Positions 21,351 through 32,513 of a stretch of DNA of 64,000 nucleotides are shown here, in pieces; within the stretch, counting starts at the first letter, position 1; each line of letters starts with the position of its first letter. The stretch comes from Cyanidioschyzon merolae (lineage: Eukaryota): assembly GCA_000091205.1 (NCBI GenBank), contig AP006499.2; one strand, given 5' to 3'. The notes under the pieces were generated by a model. It ran no database searches, had not been told where the DNA came from, and was given only the letters and a program-made list of their open reading frames with translations. Position numbers and translations under genes: made by a program.

Positions 21351-21639
21351 AATTGATATGAACGATTGCGACAATCCTATACATGCCCCCGCAAACAAGC
21401 GCCATCGCCGCTGCGCGATCGCGCGACCGCACTTGCGGCGACACGCGTACCGGTCAACGTGCGATCATGAAACGTGCGCGTTGAGCGATTGCGCAGCGTC
21501 GATGGCGCTCAACGGCGAATGCCAGCCGTTGGAGACGGCGACGCACGCACGCGAATGCGCCTCCATGCGTCCGTGACGGCGTCTCGACGAGCCGCGAGCG
21601 CGATTGCGTTACGCGCACTGAGCCACTCGTTGGCCGGAT

Positions 21640-21700
21640 CGCGACGGCACGCATGCGCGTGCGCGTGCGCATGCGTGCACACCTGCATGCGCACATGTTT
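21640..21700. repeat. GC-rich microsatellite (GCGTGC/GCATGC)n
   Basis: 'gcatgcgcgtgcgcgtgcgcatgcgtgcacacctgcatgcgcacatg', about 200 bp upstream of the H+-ATPase start. Confidence 0.8.
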
Positions 21701-21911
21701 GCGGTATTCGTGCTAGGTTTTGTTTACGAACAAGACCTTCTTTCGTGGGTTTAGTTGAGCTGGATTGTACTTGCAAGTTGCTGCAATACAAACCAAACCT
21801 TTCTTTTTTAAAAACTGGTAACGATTTTGGTGCTTGGACTGGGTTTTTGGTGCACTGAGAGCAAGTGAGTCGTGTAACGTCCTCTAACACAGTGACGGTG
21901 CACGGCGCGTT

Positions 21912-24815
21912 GTGTTGCGAAGGAAAGCAAGTGTTTCTGTGAACACGAAAATGGCCGACGTTGAGTCGGGTAGCTCCTCATCCCATGATGGGAAGGAAGT
22001 GACCAGCGCAAACGGCTCCGCTGGGCAAACTGGTGACGCTAAACCTCTTCCCGAGGGCTTGGACAAGCGCTCGCTGTCCATGAGCATGCTGGAAACCGTT
22101 GACCTCGAAAAGGACGATCTGGATTATGTGATGGCATGTCTGAAGACCTCTCGTGAGGGGTTGAAACCCGACGTCGCAGCTCGTCGGTTGGCCAAGTTCG
22201 GTCCGAATGCGTTGCCGGAGAAGAAAGTGAATCCCATTCTTGAGTTCTTGATGTTTATGTGGAACCCTCTGAGCTGGGTGATGGAGGCCGCAGCGTTAGT
22301 CGCTATTTTCCTGACGATTCCTGGAGGCAAAACGCCAGACTGGGAGGACTTTGTGGGCATCCTTTTGCTTCTGCTGATTAACGCGACGATCGGTTTCATC
22401 GAGGAACGGAATGCAGGCAACGCTGTGAAAGCGCTCATGGATGCGCTGGCGCCACGAGCGAAAGTGCTGCGAGGGGGTGAGTGGATCGAGATCGAAGCCA
22501 AAGAGCTGGTTATCGGCGACATTGTCTCCCTGAAGCTCGGCGATATCGTCCCAGCCGACGCGCGCATCATGAGCGGCAAGGATATTAAAATAGATCAGGC
22601 AGCCTTGACCGGTGAGTCCCTTCCGGTTGGCAAAGAGAAAGGAGACATGATCTACTCGGGCTCAGTGGTCAAACAAGGAGAGTTCTTGGCCGTTGTTGTT
22701 GCAACCGGTATGAACACGTTTTTCGGAAAAGCAGCTCACTTGGTGAATCAGACTGAGAGTGTCTCGCATTTGATGCAAATCGTGTCGGCCATTGGCTTGT
22801 ACTGCATGGCCTGGATCGGAACTTTTGTGCTCCTGCTCATTGTCACCCAATGGCCGATACATCTAGAGAATTACCGACACGGAATCAACAATATCCTGGT
22901 GCTGTTGATCGGTGGTGTACCCATCGCGATGCCAGTTGTTCTCTCTGTCACGTTGGCGATCGGTGCACACGAACTTGCACAACACAAAGCTATTGTTACG
23001 CGCATGACTGCCGTGGAGGAGCTCGCGGGAATGACAATTCTCTGCTCGGACAAAACTGGTACCCTGACCCTGAACAAGCTCACGATTGACCAGGAAAGTT
23101 TCTTCACTATGGATGGATACACCGTGGATCAGGCTATGATCCTCGCATCGCGTGCTTCCAGAACAGAAAATCAGGATGCGATTGACTTTGCGGTCGTGAA
23201 CTCTTTGCCGGACCCCAAGATGGCCCGCGAAGGTATCGAGGAGCTGGACTTCCATCCTTTCAATCCTGTGGACAAGCGCACGGAAATCACATATCGGGAT
23301 AACAGCGATGGAAAGATCTACAAAGCTACGAAGGGAGCTCCACAAATCATCCTTGGTCTTGCACACAACAAGAACGAAATCGAAAAGGATGTTCATTATC
23401 ACATCGAAGATTTTGCGAAACGTGGTTTCCGCGCACTTGGTATTGCAGTCGCAGAGGTGCCGTCTGGCGAGCCGCACGGTGACCCTGGTCCGTGGACAAT
23501 GGTCGGTCTCATGCCGATCTTTGACCCGCCCCGACATGACACCAAGGAGACCATTGCTGAAGCTATTCGAATGGGTGTGGAAGTCAAGATGATCACTGGT
23601 GACCAGCTCGCTATCGCGAAAGAGACCGCTCGTCGCTTGGGAATGGGCACAAACATCTTCAATTGCGACGTTCTGAACTTCAGCGATCAGCGCGCTTCAA
23701 CGGAGCTCGGCGCCAGTGTGGGCGAGCTTGTCGAAAGCGCGGATGGCTTTGCTGGTGTCTTCCCAGAGCACAAGTACCGGATTGTGGAAGTGCTGCAGAA
23801 GCGTGGCCACATGGTCGGCATGACAGGTGACGGTGTCAATGACGCTCCTGCTCTGAAAAGGGCCTCGGTGGGTATTGCAGTAGCGGGTGCCACAGACGCG
23901 GCCCGCGGTGCATCGGATATTGTGCTCACGGAACCTGGTTTGAGCGTCATCATACACGCGATGGTCATGAGCCGCCAAATCTTCCAGCGTATGAAGAACT
24001 ATTCCATGTACGCGTGCTCAGTGACGGTGCGTATTGTCGTGACATTTGCGGTTCTGGTCTGGGCGTTCCGATTCAATATGCCGCCATTCATGGTTCTTAT
24101 TCTTGCATATCTCAACGACGGTACAATTATGACGATCAGCAAAGACCGAGTCAAGCCAAGTCCGATCCCGCAACGATGGAATCTGCGAGAGGTGTTCATC
24201 GTGGCGTCGTCGCTGGGGCTCTACCTCACAGCAAGCACCGTCATATTCTACGTTACGCTTTTCAAGACGCAGTTCTGGCATGATACCTTCAAACTGGAGC
24301 TGCCATGGCTGAAAACACCAAAGCCTGATCCAAACTATTTCCAGCTGCACTCCATCATATACCTGCAATGCAGTATCATCGGACAGGCTCTCATCTTTGT
24401 TACTCGTGCACACTGGTTCTTTTTCATGGATCGCCCCGGTCTATTGCTGATGTGTGCGTTCGTGGTTGCCCAGCTGGTTGCGACGTTCATCTGCGTATAC
24501 GCGAACTGGGGATTCACCCAGATCGAGGGAACAGGTTGGGGCTGGGCCGGTGTCGTTTGGGTATGGAATGTAGTCTGGTACGCTCCTATGGATCTCGTCA
24601 AGATCGGCGTACGCTCGATCATCACCGGCGACAAGACGGTCATCCATAAGCTTTTTGCAGCCAGGCGCATGTTCAGCTTTGACGCTTCTAAGCACGGACG
24701 CGAGGATCGCATGCCCAAGAGCAGCATTGAGGCTGCACAGGCTCGCGCTTCTGTGCATCGCTCGATGGAGGCCTATCGAGCGTCCTTGCAGAGGAACGTG
24801 AACTCTCTGGACTGA
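21912..24815 (+). CDS. P3A-type plasma-membrane H+-ATPase (plant/protist AHA-like)
   Basis: 'NPLSWVMEAAALVAI', 'PDWEDFVGI', 'KVLRGGEW', 'GDIVSLKLGDIVPADARI' and 'KIDQAALTGESLPV' are all present. So are the phosphorylation site 'CSDKTGTLTLNKLT' and the hinge 'MTGDGVNDAPALKRASVGIAV'. There are 10 predicted TM segments. It is closer to plant AHA than to fungal PMA1. Confidence 0.95.
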   Translation: MLRRKASVSVNTKMADVESGSSSSHDGKEVTSANGSAGQTGDAKPLPEGLDKRSLSMSMLETVDLEKDDLDYVMACLKTSREGLKPDVAARRLAKFGPNALPEKKVNPILEFLMFMWNPLSWVMEAAALVAIFLTIPGGKTPDWEDFVGILLLLLINATIGFIEERNAGNAVKALMDALAPRAKVLRGGEWIEIEAKELVIGDIVSLKLGDIVPADARIMSGKDIKIDQAALTGESLPVGKEKGDMIYSGSVVKQGEFLAVVVATGMNTFFGKAAHLVNQTESVSHLMQIVSAIGLYCMAWIGTFVLLLIVTQWPIHLENYRHGINNILVLLIGGVPIAMPVVLSVTLAIGAHELAQHKAIVTRMTAVEELAGMTILCSDKTGTLTLNKLTIDQESFFTMDGYTVDQAMILASRASRTENQDAIDFAVVNSLPDPKMAREGIEELDFHPFNPVDKRTEITYRDNSDGKIYKATKGAPQIILGLAHNKNEIEKDVHYHIEDFAKRGFRALGIAVAEVPSGEPHGDPGPWTMVGLMPIFDPPRHDTKETIAEAIRMGVEVKMITGDQLAIAKETARRLGMGTNIFNCDVLNFSDQRASTELGASVGELVESADGFAGVFPEHKYRIVEVLQKRGHMVGMTGDGVNDAPALKRASVGIAVAGATDAARGASDIVLTEPGLSVIIHAMVMSRQIFQRMKNYSMYACSVTVRIVVTFAVLVWAFRFNMPPFMVLILAYLNDGTIMTISKDRVKPSPIPQRWNLREVFIVASSLGLYLTASTVIFYVTLFKTQFWHDTFKLELPWLKTPKPDPNYFQLHSIIYLQCSIIGQALIFVTRAHWFFFMDRPGLLLMCAFVVAQLVATFICVYANWGFTQIEGTGWGWAGVVWVWNVVWYAPMDLVKIGVRSIITGDKTVIHKLFAARRMFSFDASKHGREDRMPKSSIEAAQARASVHRSMEAYRASLQRNVNSLD

Positions 24816-27639
24816 GAGGTTTCACTGGCGCCTTGCGCTTGGATGAAACCAAGCGTCTGCGTCTCTTGTAATTCTCATGGTGATGGAAACTTGAATTTCG
24901 TGATTCCTCTGAAAATGCGGCGGATTTAATGGAAAGATCATCGCGATTATAAACCCGATCTGAACGCAATATGGTTTTCTCGTGCTTCGCAGTATCCAGG
25001 GCGTCTTGTTTTCCAGCGCGCGCAGCGAAAGCGTCGAGACCAGTTTGCGTCGTGCATGAAATCAATCGCAAATAGGGGCACAGCTGCAGCACTATGCCGG
25101 GTAAGCGATCCCGTGTGCGATAGAAGCGACCATTTCCGTATCTCGACGGCTCACGGGGATGCTGCTGATGCGGATTTCGGATCGATGGGGATTCGGCTGT
25201 CGCACCGCATACGGCAATGGCGTCAGGGCAGGTATCGCAGGGCTTGTTCCTCTCGGTATGCGGAATTTGCCAGGTCCGTCTTTGTATCGTCAGTGAATTC
25301 TGGTATACCTGAACCAGCAAACGGGTTTCGTTTTGATTGTCTTTTCACTGGAATTCAGGAAAAAGAATGTATTTTGTAGATTAGAGAAAAGTCGCGGAAA
25401 TACTTGATGACGTAACTGCCAGCGTGCGTGAAATACGACGTTGCCTGTACGGGTCAGTCATTCTGCGTTCAACAGGTGGATGTATCACGCTTCGCGTCGT
25501 GTTCTTCCTGAACGCCGTGCACCGAAAACAGAGCGTATGAAATGTTATATGCACAATTTTCTCTGTGTCAATCCATTTTATTTCATACGTTCTCTAAGAA
25601 CTAGTCTCAAAAAGCTGTTGAATGGAATTTTTATGGTCCGTCGATAAGAACGGCGGTGAAGCGACGCGAATCGACAACCTCTAAAGCACGCTTCTCTGAG
25701 GGAGCAACGCGCGGTGAACATTGCACTATCGATTTCGTTGTGAGAAGCGAATACCGGCAACGGTAGGGTCGGGTTTTCGTCTGACTCGAAGAGGCTTTAT
25801 GCTGAAGAAATCGGAGATTTGGATATGGGCACTTGTAGAACGGCAAACCGCTGCTCGTAAACAAGAGACGAGCGAGCATTCCGTAAACATCAGGCCAAGC
25901 GGCGAGTCCATGGTGTGTTCACCAACGAATCGCCAACTGGACAGGATCCTTCATTACATCATCCATCGTTGAAGCACTCTGAGAATTCTCCATCCCAGAT
26001 TCTTCCGTCTTGCTCGTAGACAACGTCGCTTTCCGTCGTTCGAAAGCGGTCAAGTAGAACGCGGCTGAGGTTCGTGTTGAGCGGTTTCCGTACCTGGATT
26101 CTCTGCGCGGCTCTATCGCGTCGAAGGCACCTCGCTGTTGTCAAACGCCTTGTCCACGTCTACGAGTCCATGGACAAGTCGTTTCGCATCCGGTACTCCG
26201 AAAGACTCAGGACGCCTCTAGGGTGCGCCTGGCTTCGAGCTCGATGAAGTCTCGTATAGCTTCTCTCGTGTTGACGCAAATCGTCAAGTAACAGCTCGTA
26301 CCAGTTCTGGACACCGGGCTACTAGCTGTCCATGCTCCTGTGGAATATTTCGGTCAAACTTTTTTCTGTGAAACAGCACGACCGACGCTCGCGACGGAGG
26401 ATGCAATACGGTCTGATAGCAGGATCAGGGATTGCCACACACGATTCCCAGGATATCCTGACGCGTCGCTGCGCTACGTCGACGATGGGAACGTCTATCA
26501 TGCCAATGACCGCAAGCATCGAAACGAACCTCCAGAACCAGATGCGGGTCAATCTCGAGCGCTTCATGAGGCGCATCCCGCTGGCGTTGCTCCCGTTATA
26601 CGCTCACTCTACTGGCCCGGAATATTCGGGGCCGATGGAGTGGATTCTTCGCTTCAGTGAGTACATGAGCGTCCATGTGACTTGAGCGGTCGATCTTTGG
26701 CAGAAGTACATGAGATCGTGCTAGTGCCATCGACGGTTTCGGGTGTACGGAGGCAAGATACATGCTTTCGCCAACTTGTTCAGTGAGTTGAAAACGTACA
26801 CAACAGACAACTCGTGTCGTTTGGTGAAGGTAGCTCGCGTTGCTGGGCATGCTTTAGCGGTGTAGGGATGCAATCCGGGTCCGTCGACGAAAACGTATTA
26901 CGAGTACTGGACTCGATGCTGCACGATTCCCATCAATACGATCACGACGACATACACGAATCACGAGCACGGTAGCACGGTAAAATACATGTGGAAGAAG
27001 AGAGGGAAACGGAGCTGGATGCCCTATATGATGTACGGTAAGGTGCCCGAAAGATAGATGACGAGGCAATCGCAGGCGGGAGGCTTGCGATGGTCTGACT
27101 CCACGAGCAGCGGTGCGCGCGACCACCTTCTGCACCAAGACTTGGGCGCCGCGTTCAACATCCGAAAATTTCTCGTGCTTCTGAACCGTCCAGCTGTTTT
27201 GCACGAAACGAATTGTCAAGAGAATTCTTTAGTACCCAGTGTGGGCATTGTGCTGAAACGCTGACGATTCTCTAAGAAAAAATCAGAGCGCAGGAAAGAG
27301 CGAATTGAAGTTTCCAGCTCATCAAGGCACTGATGTGGAACTTTACAGCAATCCAGGAATGCTGCAACACCGTATATCTACATCGACAACTCTATTCCTC
27401 TGTGAATGGGGATTTATGACGGTGTTCCATGAATCGGTACCATGGAGGATATTCATCGTGCCTGGCGATGACCACGGGACCCCGGTTCAGCGCACTACGC
27501 GTGTCGCGCGAGATGCGGACAGCGCACCCATGCCCTGGATCCGACCGATACCATAAAGGACAAAAAGGACACAACATCTCGAAGCACGCATGCCCATCGT
27601 CAGAGACGCGTGTCTAGTTCGAAACGTGCATCTACTTTG

Positions 27640-27700
27640 TATCTGTGTGTCTTCGTGTTTGTATTTGTGTCTGTGTCTGTGTCTGTGTGTGTCGTTCGCT
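27640..27700. repeat. (TGTC/TGTG)n microsatellite
   Basis: 'tgtgtcttcgtgtttgtatttgtgtctgtgtctgtgtctgtgtgtgtcgttcgctcgctcg', just 3' of the DUF89 gene. Confidence 0.8.
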
Positions 27701-27753
27701 CGCTCGAGCGCTCACCGGCAGGACGTGCATGCTTGAGGTAGGCCCCAGTTCCA

Positions 27754-29151
27754 CTACAACGTATCGCGGGCGTCGGATTGGCGCTGAGCAAAGAACTGTA
27801 CCAACGCCCAACGTCCGTTAACCATCCATTTGGGATCCTCACATGCGGCACGCATTGCTGCCTCCGCAGGAATGCCGCAACCAAGCTCGGCTTTGAGCGC
27901 TCGGAGTGCGCAGATTGCGCTGGGCCAATACGATACTACATCTGAAAACGGAGTGCTCAGCGGCCAGGCGCGATCACCCAAAAGCCGTCTGTAATTTGCA
28001 TCGCCTTTGACGAAAACGAGCACTTCTTGCCTGATACAGTCCCAGAGTGGATCATCCATTTCCCAGAATGCTTGCGGCTGCGCCCAGAAGAGATCATCGC
28101 GACAGCGCCAGGATCCATCACCCAGATACCGGGCCCAGCGCGACGCCAAGCGCTGCAGAGGCATATCTCTGGGCATGTCACCGAGGACCTGCACCATCGT
28201 GTGCAAATCTGTGGCTGTTGCATCCGACACGAACGTCGGATGGCCTTTGGTGTGAAATACGACACGCTCAGCGATGCCGCTGTGCACGAGATAGTCCGCG
28301 AGTAGGAGATCGGAGAATAGTTCCATGCCGGCATTGTCCACGATAATTCCTATTTCGGCAATCGGCATACTCGCCGCGACATACTCCCAAAGCCGCTCAC
28401 CATCGTCGACGAGTAGACGGACACCGGTCTCGGTATCGACGGCAGGGGTTTCGCCGCCCACCGGCCACAGCGACAAATCCATCCGATTCCCGTTCAGAGC
28501 GATCTGAACAAAGTGAGTGAACCAGTGTTTTCGCTCCGTGCTTCTGCGCAGAGGCGTCTGTAGAAGCGGAAGCACCCGAGACGCCCATTCATCCATGGTC
28601 TTGGTATTGGCGCTCACCCCCAGCTCCTTCTGTTTTCGGAATGGGTCCAGTTTTGTTGAGAAGTACTCGACGGCTTCCATGACTCGACGATAAAAGTAAA
28701 ACTCTGCGATACACCAGGGGCTTGAAAGCCAGTTGCAGTCGTGAAACCGTTCCAGAATCCGACGGTTCCAAGTGAAGAGGTCCGGTGCTGGGCCGCCTCC
28801 TGGCGGCGGCTCTTCGAGAGGACGCAGCCGATGCGCTGTTGGCTCAGCGAGCTCGCGATCAAGTTGCTTGAGTCGGTCAAGAACAGCGCCAGAGAAAAAC
28901 GTGTTCTCGCGGAAAATCCGTGCGAGAATTTCCTCCCGAATCCGCCTCGACATGGTATCGTGAGCCCAGGTGCCCGGCTCGGTTGCAGTTAGCAACGGCG
29001 GCAGCGGACGGTGCCGAGGACCTCGCGGCGGGTCCTCCACAAATAACTCTGGTAAAGATTTTATGTTTGACATATGTTGGCGTGACGAGGCGCTTGCAAG
29101 CGCTAGCCCACGTCGTGCCTCTGTCCGATCGAGAGGCAGCGTATGCTTCAC
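27754..29151 (-). CDS. DUF89 family protein (ARMT1-like damage-control phosphatase fold)
   Basis: 'IVDNAGMELFSDLLLADYLV' fits the DNxGxE motif. 'VFVKGDANYRRLLGDRAW' fits the KGDxNYRRL motif. Both are hallmarks of DUF89/ARMT1. Confidence 0.7.
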   Translation of the reverse strand: MKHTLPLDRTEARRGLALASASSRQHMSNIKSLPELFVEDPPRGPRHRPLPPLLTATEPGTWAHDTMSRRIREEILARIFRENTFFSGAVLDRLKQLDRELAEPTAHRLRPLEEPPPGGGPAPDLFTWNRRILERFHDCNWLSSPWCIAEFYFYRRVMEAVEYFSTKLDPFRKQKELGVSANTKTMDEWASRVLPLLQTPLRRSTERKHWFTHFVQIALNGNRMDLSLWPVGGETPAVDTETGVRLLVDDGERLWEYVAASMPIAEIGIIVDNAGMELFSDLLLADYLVHSGIAERVVFHTKGHPTFVSDATATDLHTMVQVLGDMPRDMPLQRLASRWARYLGDGSWRCRDDLFWAQPQAFWEMDDPLWDCIRQEVLVFVKGDANYRRLLGDRAWPLSTPFSDVVSYWPSAICALRALKAELGCGIPAEAAMRAACEDPKWMVNGRWALVQFFAQRQSDARDTL

Positions 29152-29464
29152 AATTCAAGTCCAGTCTTCCCGGTGACTGCGCCGCGCTCCCCAAGGTTTA
29201 CCCCTTTCAAGGGTTTAGGAACGATGAAACGAATCGAACACTACTGAAGGCGTGACTGCTGCAGCTACCCAGCGACGCGTCCGGCATTCCCGCTACCGCC
29301 AAGCGCAAGCATCTGGTTTCTACGAACTTTGGTATGAAAAGCGTCCGCAGCGCCGCGGCGCATCCTGTGCGCCGGTCGCGCTCGAAGCGCCTCTGAGGCG
29401 CAGCTCGTACGCGTGCCGATCAACTTTGTGCCATCGGGTATGCCTGCTTCGTGTTCACCATGGT

Positions 29465-29960
29465 ATACGAGTCTTGCCATCTAGGCGGGCGGTCCCGCGA
29501 GCTGGACGAGTCGGCCGGGCTTGCGCCCCATGCGCCTCTCCAGTGCCGGGTACCGTGGTGAGATCTGAGCAGCTCGTCCGCTCCCCGTCCGTTCGGGACT
29601 ATGAATGGAAAGGCGGTGTCTTGGCGATGCTCTGGTCGCAGAAGCGTCCTAGCGTATCGCTTCGCGCCGCTGCAGGCAGTAGGTCTTTCTGCACAGACTG
29701 CAGGCTCCCAGAAATATGATGGATCCCGATACTGTGACTGGTTAACCGCACCTTGAGCCGACGCCCTCCGTGGTACAGCAAAGCTGTTCTGTCTCCGTGT
29801 TCCACATGCACACCAGCGATATAGGCGCTATGGCGGCGGGCTGAAAGCAGGCACTCGGTGCATGATGGAACGTACAAAACGACCAGTGCACCAGAGAGCA
29901 AGTATGGGTCACGGAAACTGGAGGTGGCATGTATCATGATAGGAACTTTTCCGATTGCGG
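29465..29960 (-). repeat. Dispersed repeat family 'R2', copy C (reverse orientation)
   Basis: The reverse complement aligns over ~500 bp with 33650-34190. Examples are 'gggatccatcatatttctgggagcctgcagtctgtgcagaaagacctactgcctgcagcggcgcgaagcgat' against 'gggattcaccatcattctaggagcaggcaagctgtgcagacagacctattgcctgcgacggcgcgaagcgat', and 'ggacgagctgctcagatctc' against 'ggacgagttgctcaggtctc'. The shared ORF peptide is 'GDRTALLYHGGRRL...IGIHH...SVQKDLLPAAARSD'. Confidence 0.7.
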
Positions 29961-31644
29961 ATATCCATCGCACAATCCGCGATCTATGGTCCATGTAAAC
30001 GTTCTGTCAAACCAGAAAAAATGGTATACGAGACGGGTGCAACCTCCGATCCCGCCCTGTCCCCTGGGAAAGTCGAGGCACTGCGTCCAAATCCCAAAGA
30101 GCGGATGCACGCGCGCATCCGCATCATCCAGGAAGCCAGCCTCGTTCAATATAGAGACCGTAGTCCATGGGAGAACTCGAGGCATTGCAACTTCCGCTAG
30201 AGGGCGCGTATCGACGCCTACGGCCTTGAAGCGAGCCGTTGATCGCAACATGTTTCTCAAACCGTTGCTTTTGGATCGCTTGCAAGTTCCTTGTTCACGA
30301 AGGCCGATTTCCACAACTGCACAGCGTGGCAGTGGCAAACGCTGCTCGGGCGTTGCAACAGGCTACGATTTCGCGCGACGCAAACGAACGTTTGCCTCGC
30401 GGCTATCTCATACCGTTTGTCTGCAGGCTCGCGCTGGTAACGTTTGGACTCGGCTCGTGCAGCTCGCAGATCTCGAGTCCGGGAGAGTCGCTCCTGGAAA
30501 AGCCCTGTTCTGGAAACAGCTATGTGACGTCGTCGAAAGCGAGTCGCGTGATCTCGACTTGCGATCGCTTTCGCGAGACCACGACGCTGAAGCACATCTC
30601 ACGGACGAATGGACTATCACAGTGCTTGGAAACTCGACTCAAGCACCAAGCAATAACGGAAAGGAAGCGGAGAGGCTTGACGGTACGGCGGCCGGATGGG
30701 CGCTTCACGCGCTCTTCCACCTGCTGAGCGCATCGTTCCACTGGGATGTCAGTCGCCTGCGGTTGCTCGCACCGTCAGCGCTCGAGATGAATGTGCTGCT
30801 GTGGCGTCGCGAAAGTAGCATGTCCTGGGACGATGCCCTGCAACAAATCCGCAACCAATGGCGGATCCAGAGATGTGCGCATCCGCAAATATCGATGGTC
30901 GTGCAACGAGAGGGACCGGATCGTCGCTACAAGCGACTTGCGATATTCGATCTCGACTCAACACTGATCCAGAATGAGTCTATTGACGAGCTCGCACGAA
31001 TCGCTGGCGTGGAGGACGCGGTTGCTCGCATCACCGAGCAGGCCATGCGAGGCGAGCTAGACTTTGCCGCTGCATTCCGCCAGCGTGTGGCGTTGTTGAC
31101 GGGTCTCGAGGCTGGTGCTGCGATGCGAGCGGTTCGTGCGCGCCTACAGCTGACACCTGGTGCGCTTCGTCTTGTTCGTGTGCTCCGCACGCTCGGTACC
31201 AGAGTGGTGATTGCTTCGGGAGGCTTTCAGCTTCTTGCCGAGTCCATTCGAGAGCAGCTCGCCGCGGATAAAGTGGTGGCAAATGAGTTGGAAATCGATC
31301 CGATCACCGGAGCTGTTACTGGTCGTGTAAACGGCCCTGTTGTCGATGGCGCTGTCAAGCTATCGACGTTGGAGGCGGAATGGCGACGGCTTCAAATCGG
31401 TTGCGCGTCTCCAACCGGGCGACTCGCACACACCATGGCAGTTGGAGACGGTGCCAACGACTTGCCGATGATTCGACGGGCCTCGCTGGGGATTGCTTTT
31501 CAGGCGAAGCCCCTGGTGCAAGATGCAGCTGATGCTTGTATCAACACTGCGCGCATCGATACGGTGCTGTACCTGTTAGGTTTATCGGAGCGCGAAATTT
31601 GTGAATTAGCAGGTGCGCAGGATACCCAGAGCGCTTGTTCCTAG
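29929..31644 (+). CDS. serB: Phosphoserine phosphatase (SerB, HAD superfamily); N-terminal boundary uncertain
   Basis: The C-terminal 250 aa are canonical SerB: 'LAIFDLDSTLIQNESIDELA' (DxDST), 'RVVIASGGFQ' and 'MAVGDGANDLPMIRRASLGIAF'. The first ~30 codons of the ORF overlap repeat R2 copy C, so the real start is probably an internal Met, for example near 30250. Confidence 0.75.
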   Translation: MYHDRNFSDCGYPSHNPRSMVHVNVLSNQKKWYTRRVQPPIPPCPLGKSRHCVQIPKSGCTRASASSRKPASFNIETVVHGRTRGIATSARGRVSTPTALKRAVDRNMFLKPLLLDRLQVPCSRRPISTTAQRGSGKRCSGVATGYDFARRKRTFASRLSHTVCLQARAGNVWTRLVQLADLESGRVAPGKALFWKQLCDVVESESRDLDLRSLSRDHDAEAHLTDEWTITVLGNSTQAPSNNGKEAERLDGTAAGWALHALFHLLSASFHWDVSRLRLLAPSALEMNVLLWRRESSMSWDDALQQIRNQWRIQRCAHPQISMVVQREGPDRRYKRLAIFDLDSTLIQNESIDELARIAGVEDAVARITEQAMRGELDFAAAFRQRVALLTGLEAGAAMRAVRARLQLTPGALRLVRVLRTLGTRVVIASGGFQLLAESIREQLAADKVVANELEIDPITGAVTGRVNGPVVDGAVKLSTLEAEWRRLQIGCASPTGRLAHTMAVGDGANDLPMIRRASLGIAFQAKPLVQDAADACINTARIDTVLYLLGLSEREICELAGAQDTQSACS

Positions 31645-32513
31645 CGGTCCGCTCGTGTCGGGCCCGCTGAGAAGCGACTCGATAGCAACTGCGCTATTCG
31701 TGGACCCTGAGTATGCAATCGTTCGAAATCCGATGCATGGCAGAGGACGCACAGCATGCATACGGAACGGCAGCAGCGATCGTTCTTCCATGAAGACGCT
31801 TGACCCGGAATCCTGGAGTGGCTAGGCGCTGGTCCTTGGTCCCTGATCTTGTAGCTTCTGCTGAGCCTGTGGGATATCCTCGATGCTCCGTGGAAAGCAA
31901 CATGCATTCGATACCTTGGCATTCGTCTCCGGGGCGTTGTTGCGCGTGCTCTGCAAGTGAGCGGTATGCTGTTATCCAAGCAGCGACGCTGCAATATACG
32001 TTCCTTGGACGTTGCGTCTCGATGATAACCGCTACAATGCTGGTGGAACGGAATCGAATGACGACTATGGAATCCAGCGCAAGCGTTTGCTTTACGAGTG
32101 AATTTGATTTTCAGATAGAGCCGATGCTGCGCGCATTTGCGTGTGGTACGCTTTTTGCTGTACATCACCATCCAGCGGCTTTCTTTTCTTGGGACGCACA
32201 TTGCGGTAACGAGCGCGCCAGTAAATTCGTCACTATTTTTTGTTGCTTGTGCCGCTGCTGTCCCCGATTTTGCTCGCTACCTCTGATTCTGCCATCATCG
32301 TAAATCGGAGACGCTCGTCACAGATGCTTGGTAGAATGCGCGATCAACGCGCAGCCTCAAATCGTGAAGTTTAGCACCATTGCGAGGCGATGGCATGATG
32401 GGCGATCGTGCCTAGGTGCATCTGTATGGTCCTTGAAAGACGGTTTCTCGCGCAGGCCACCCCAAGGGACATAACCAAAATACGCGACAGGTTTCCTTTC
32501 ATGGCGATCTTCC

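Noticed and set aside
22863-23537. 224-aa minus-strand ORF inside the H+-ATPase gene
   Set aside because: It is antisense to the conserved P-type ATPase phosphorylation domain and shows no similarity to anything.
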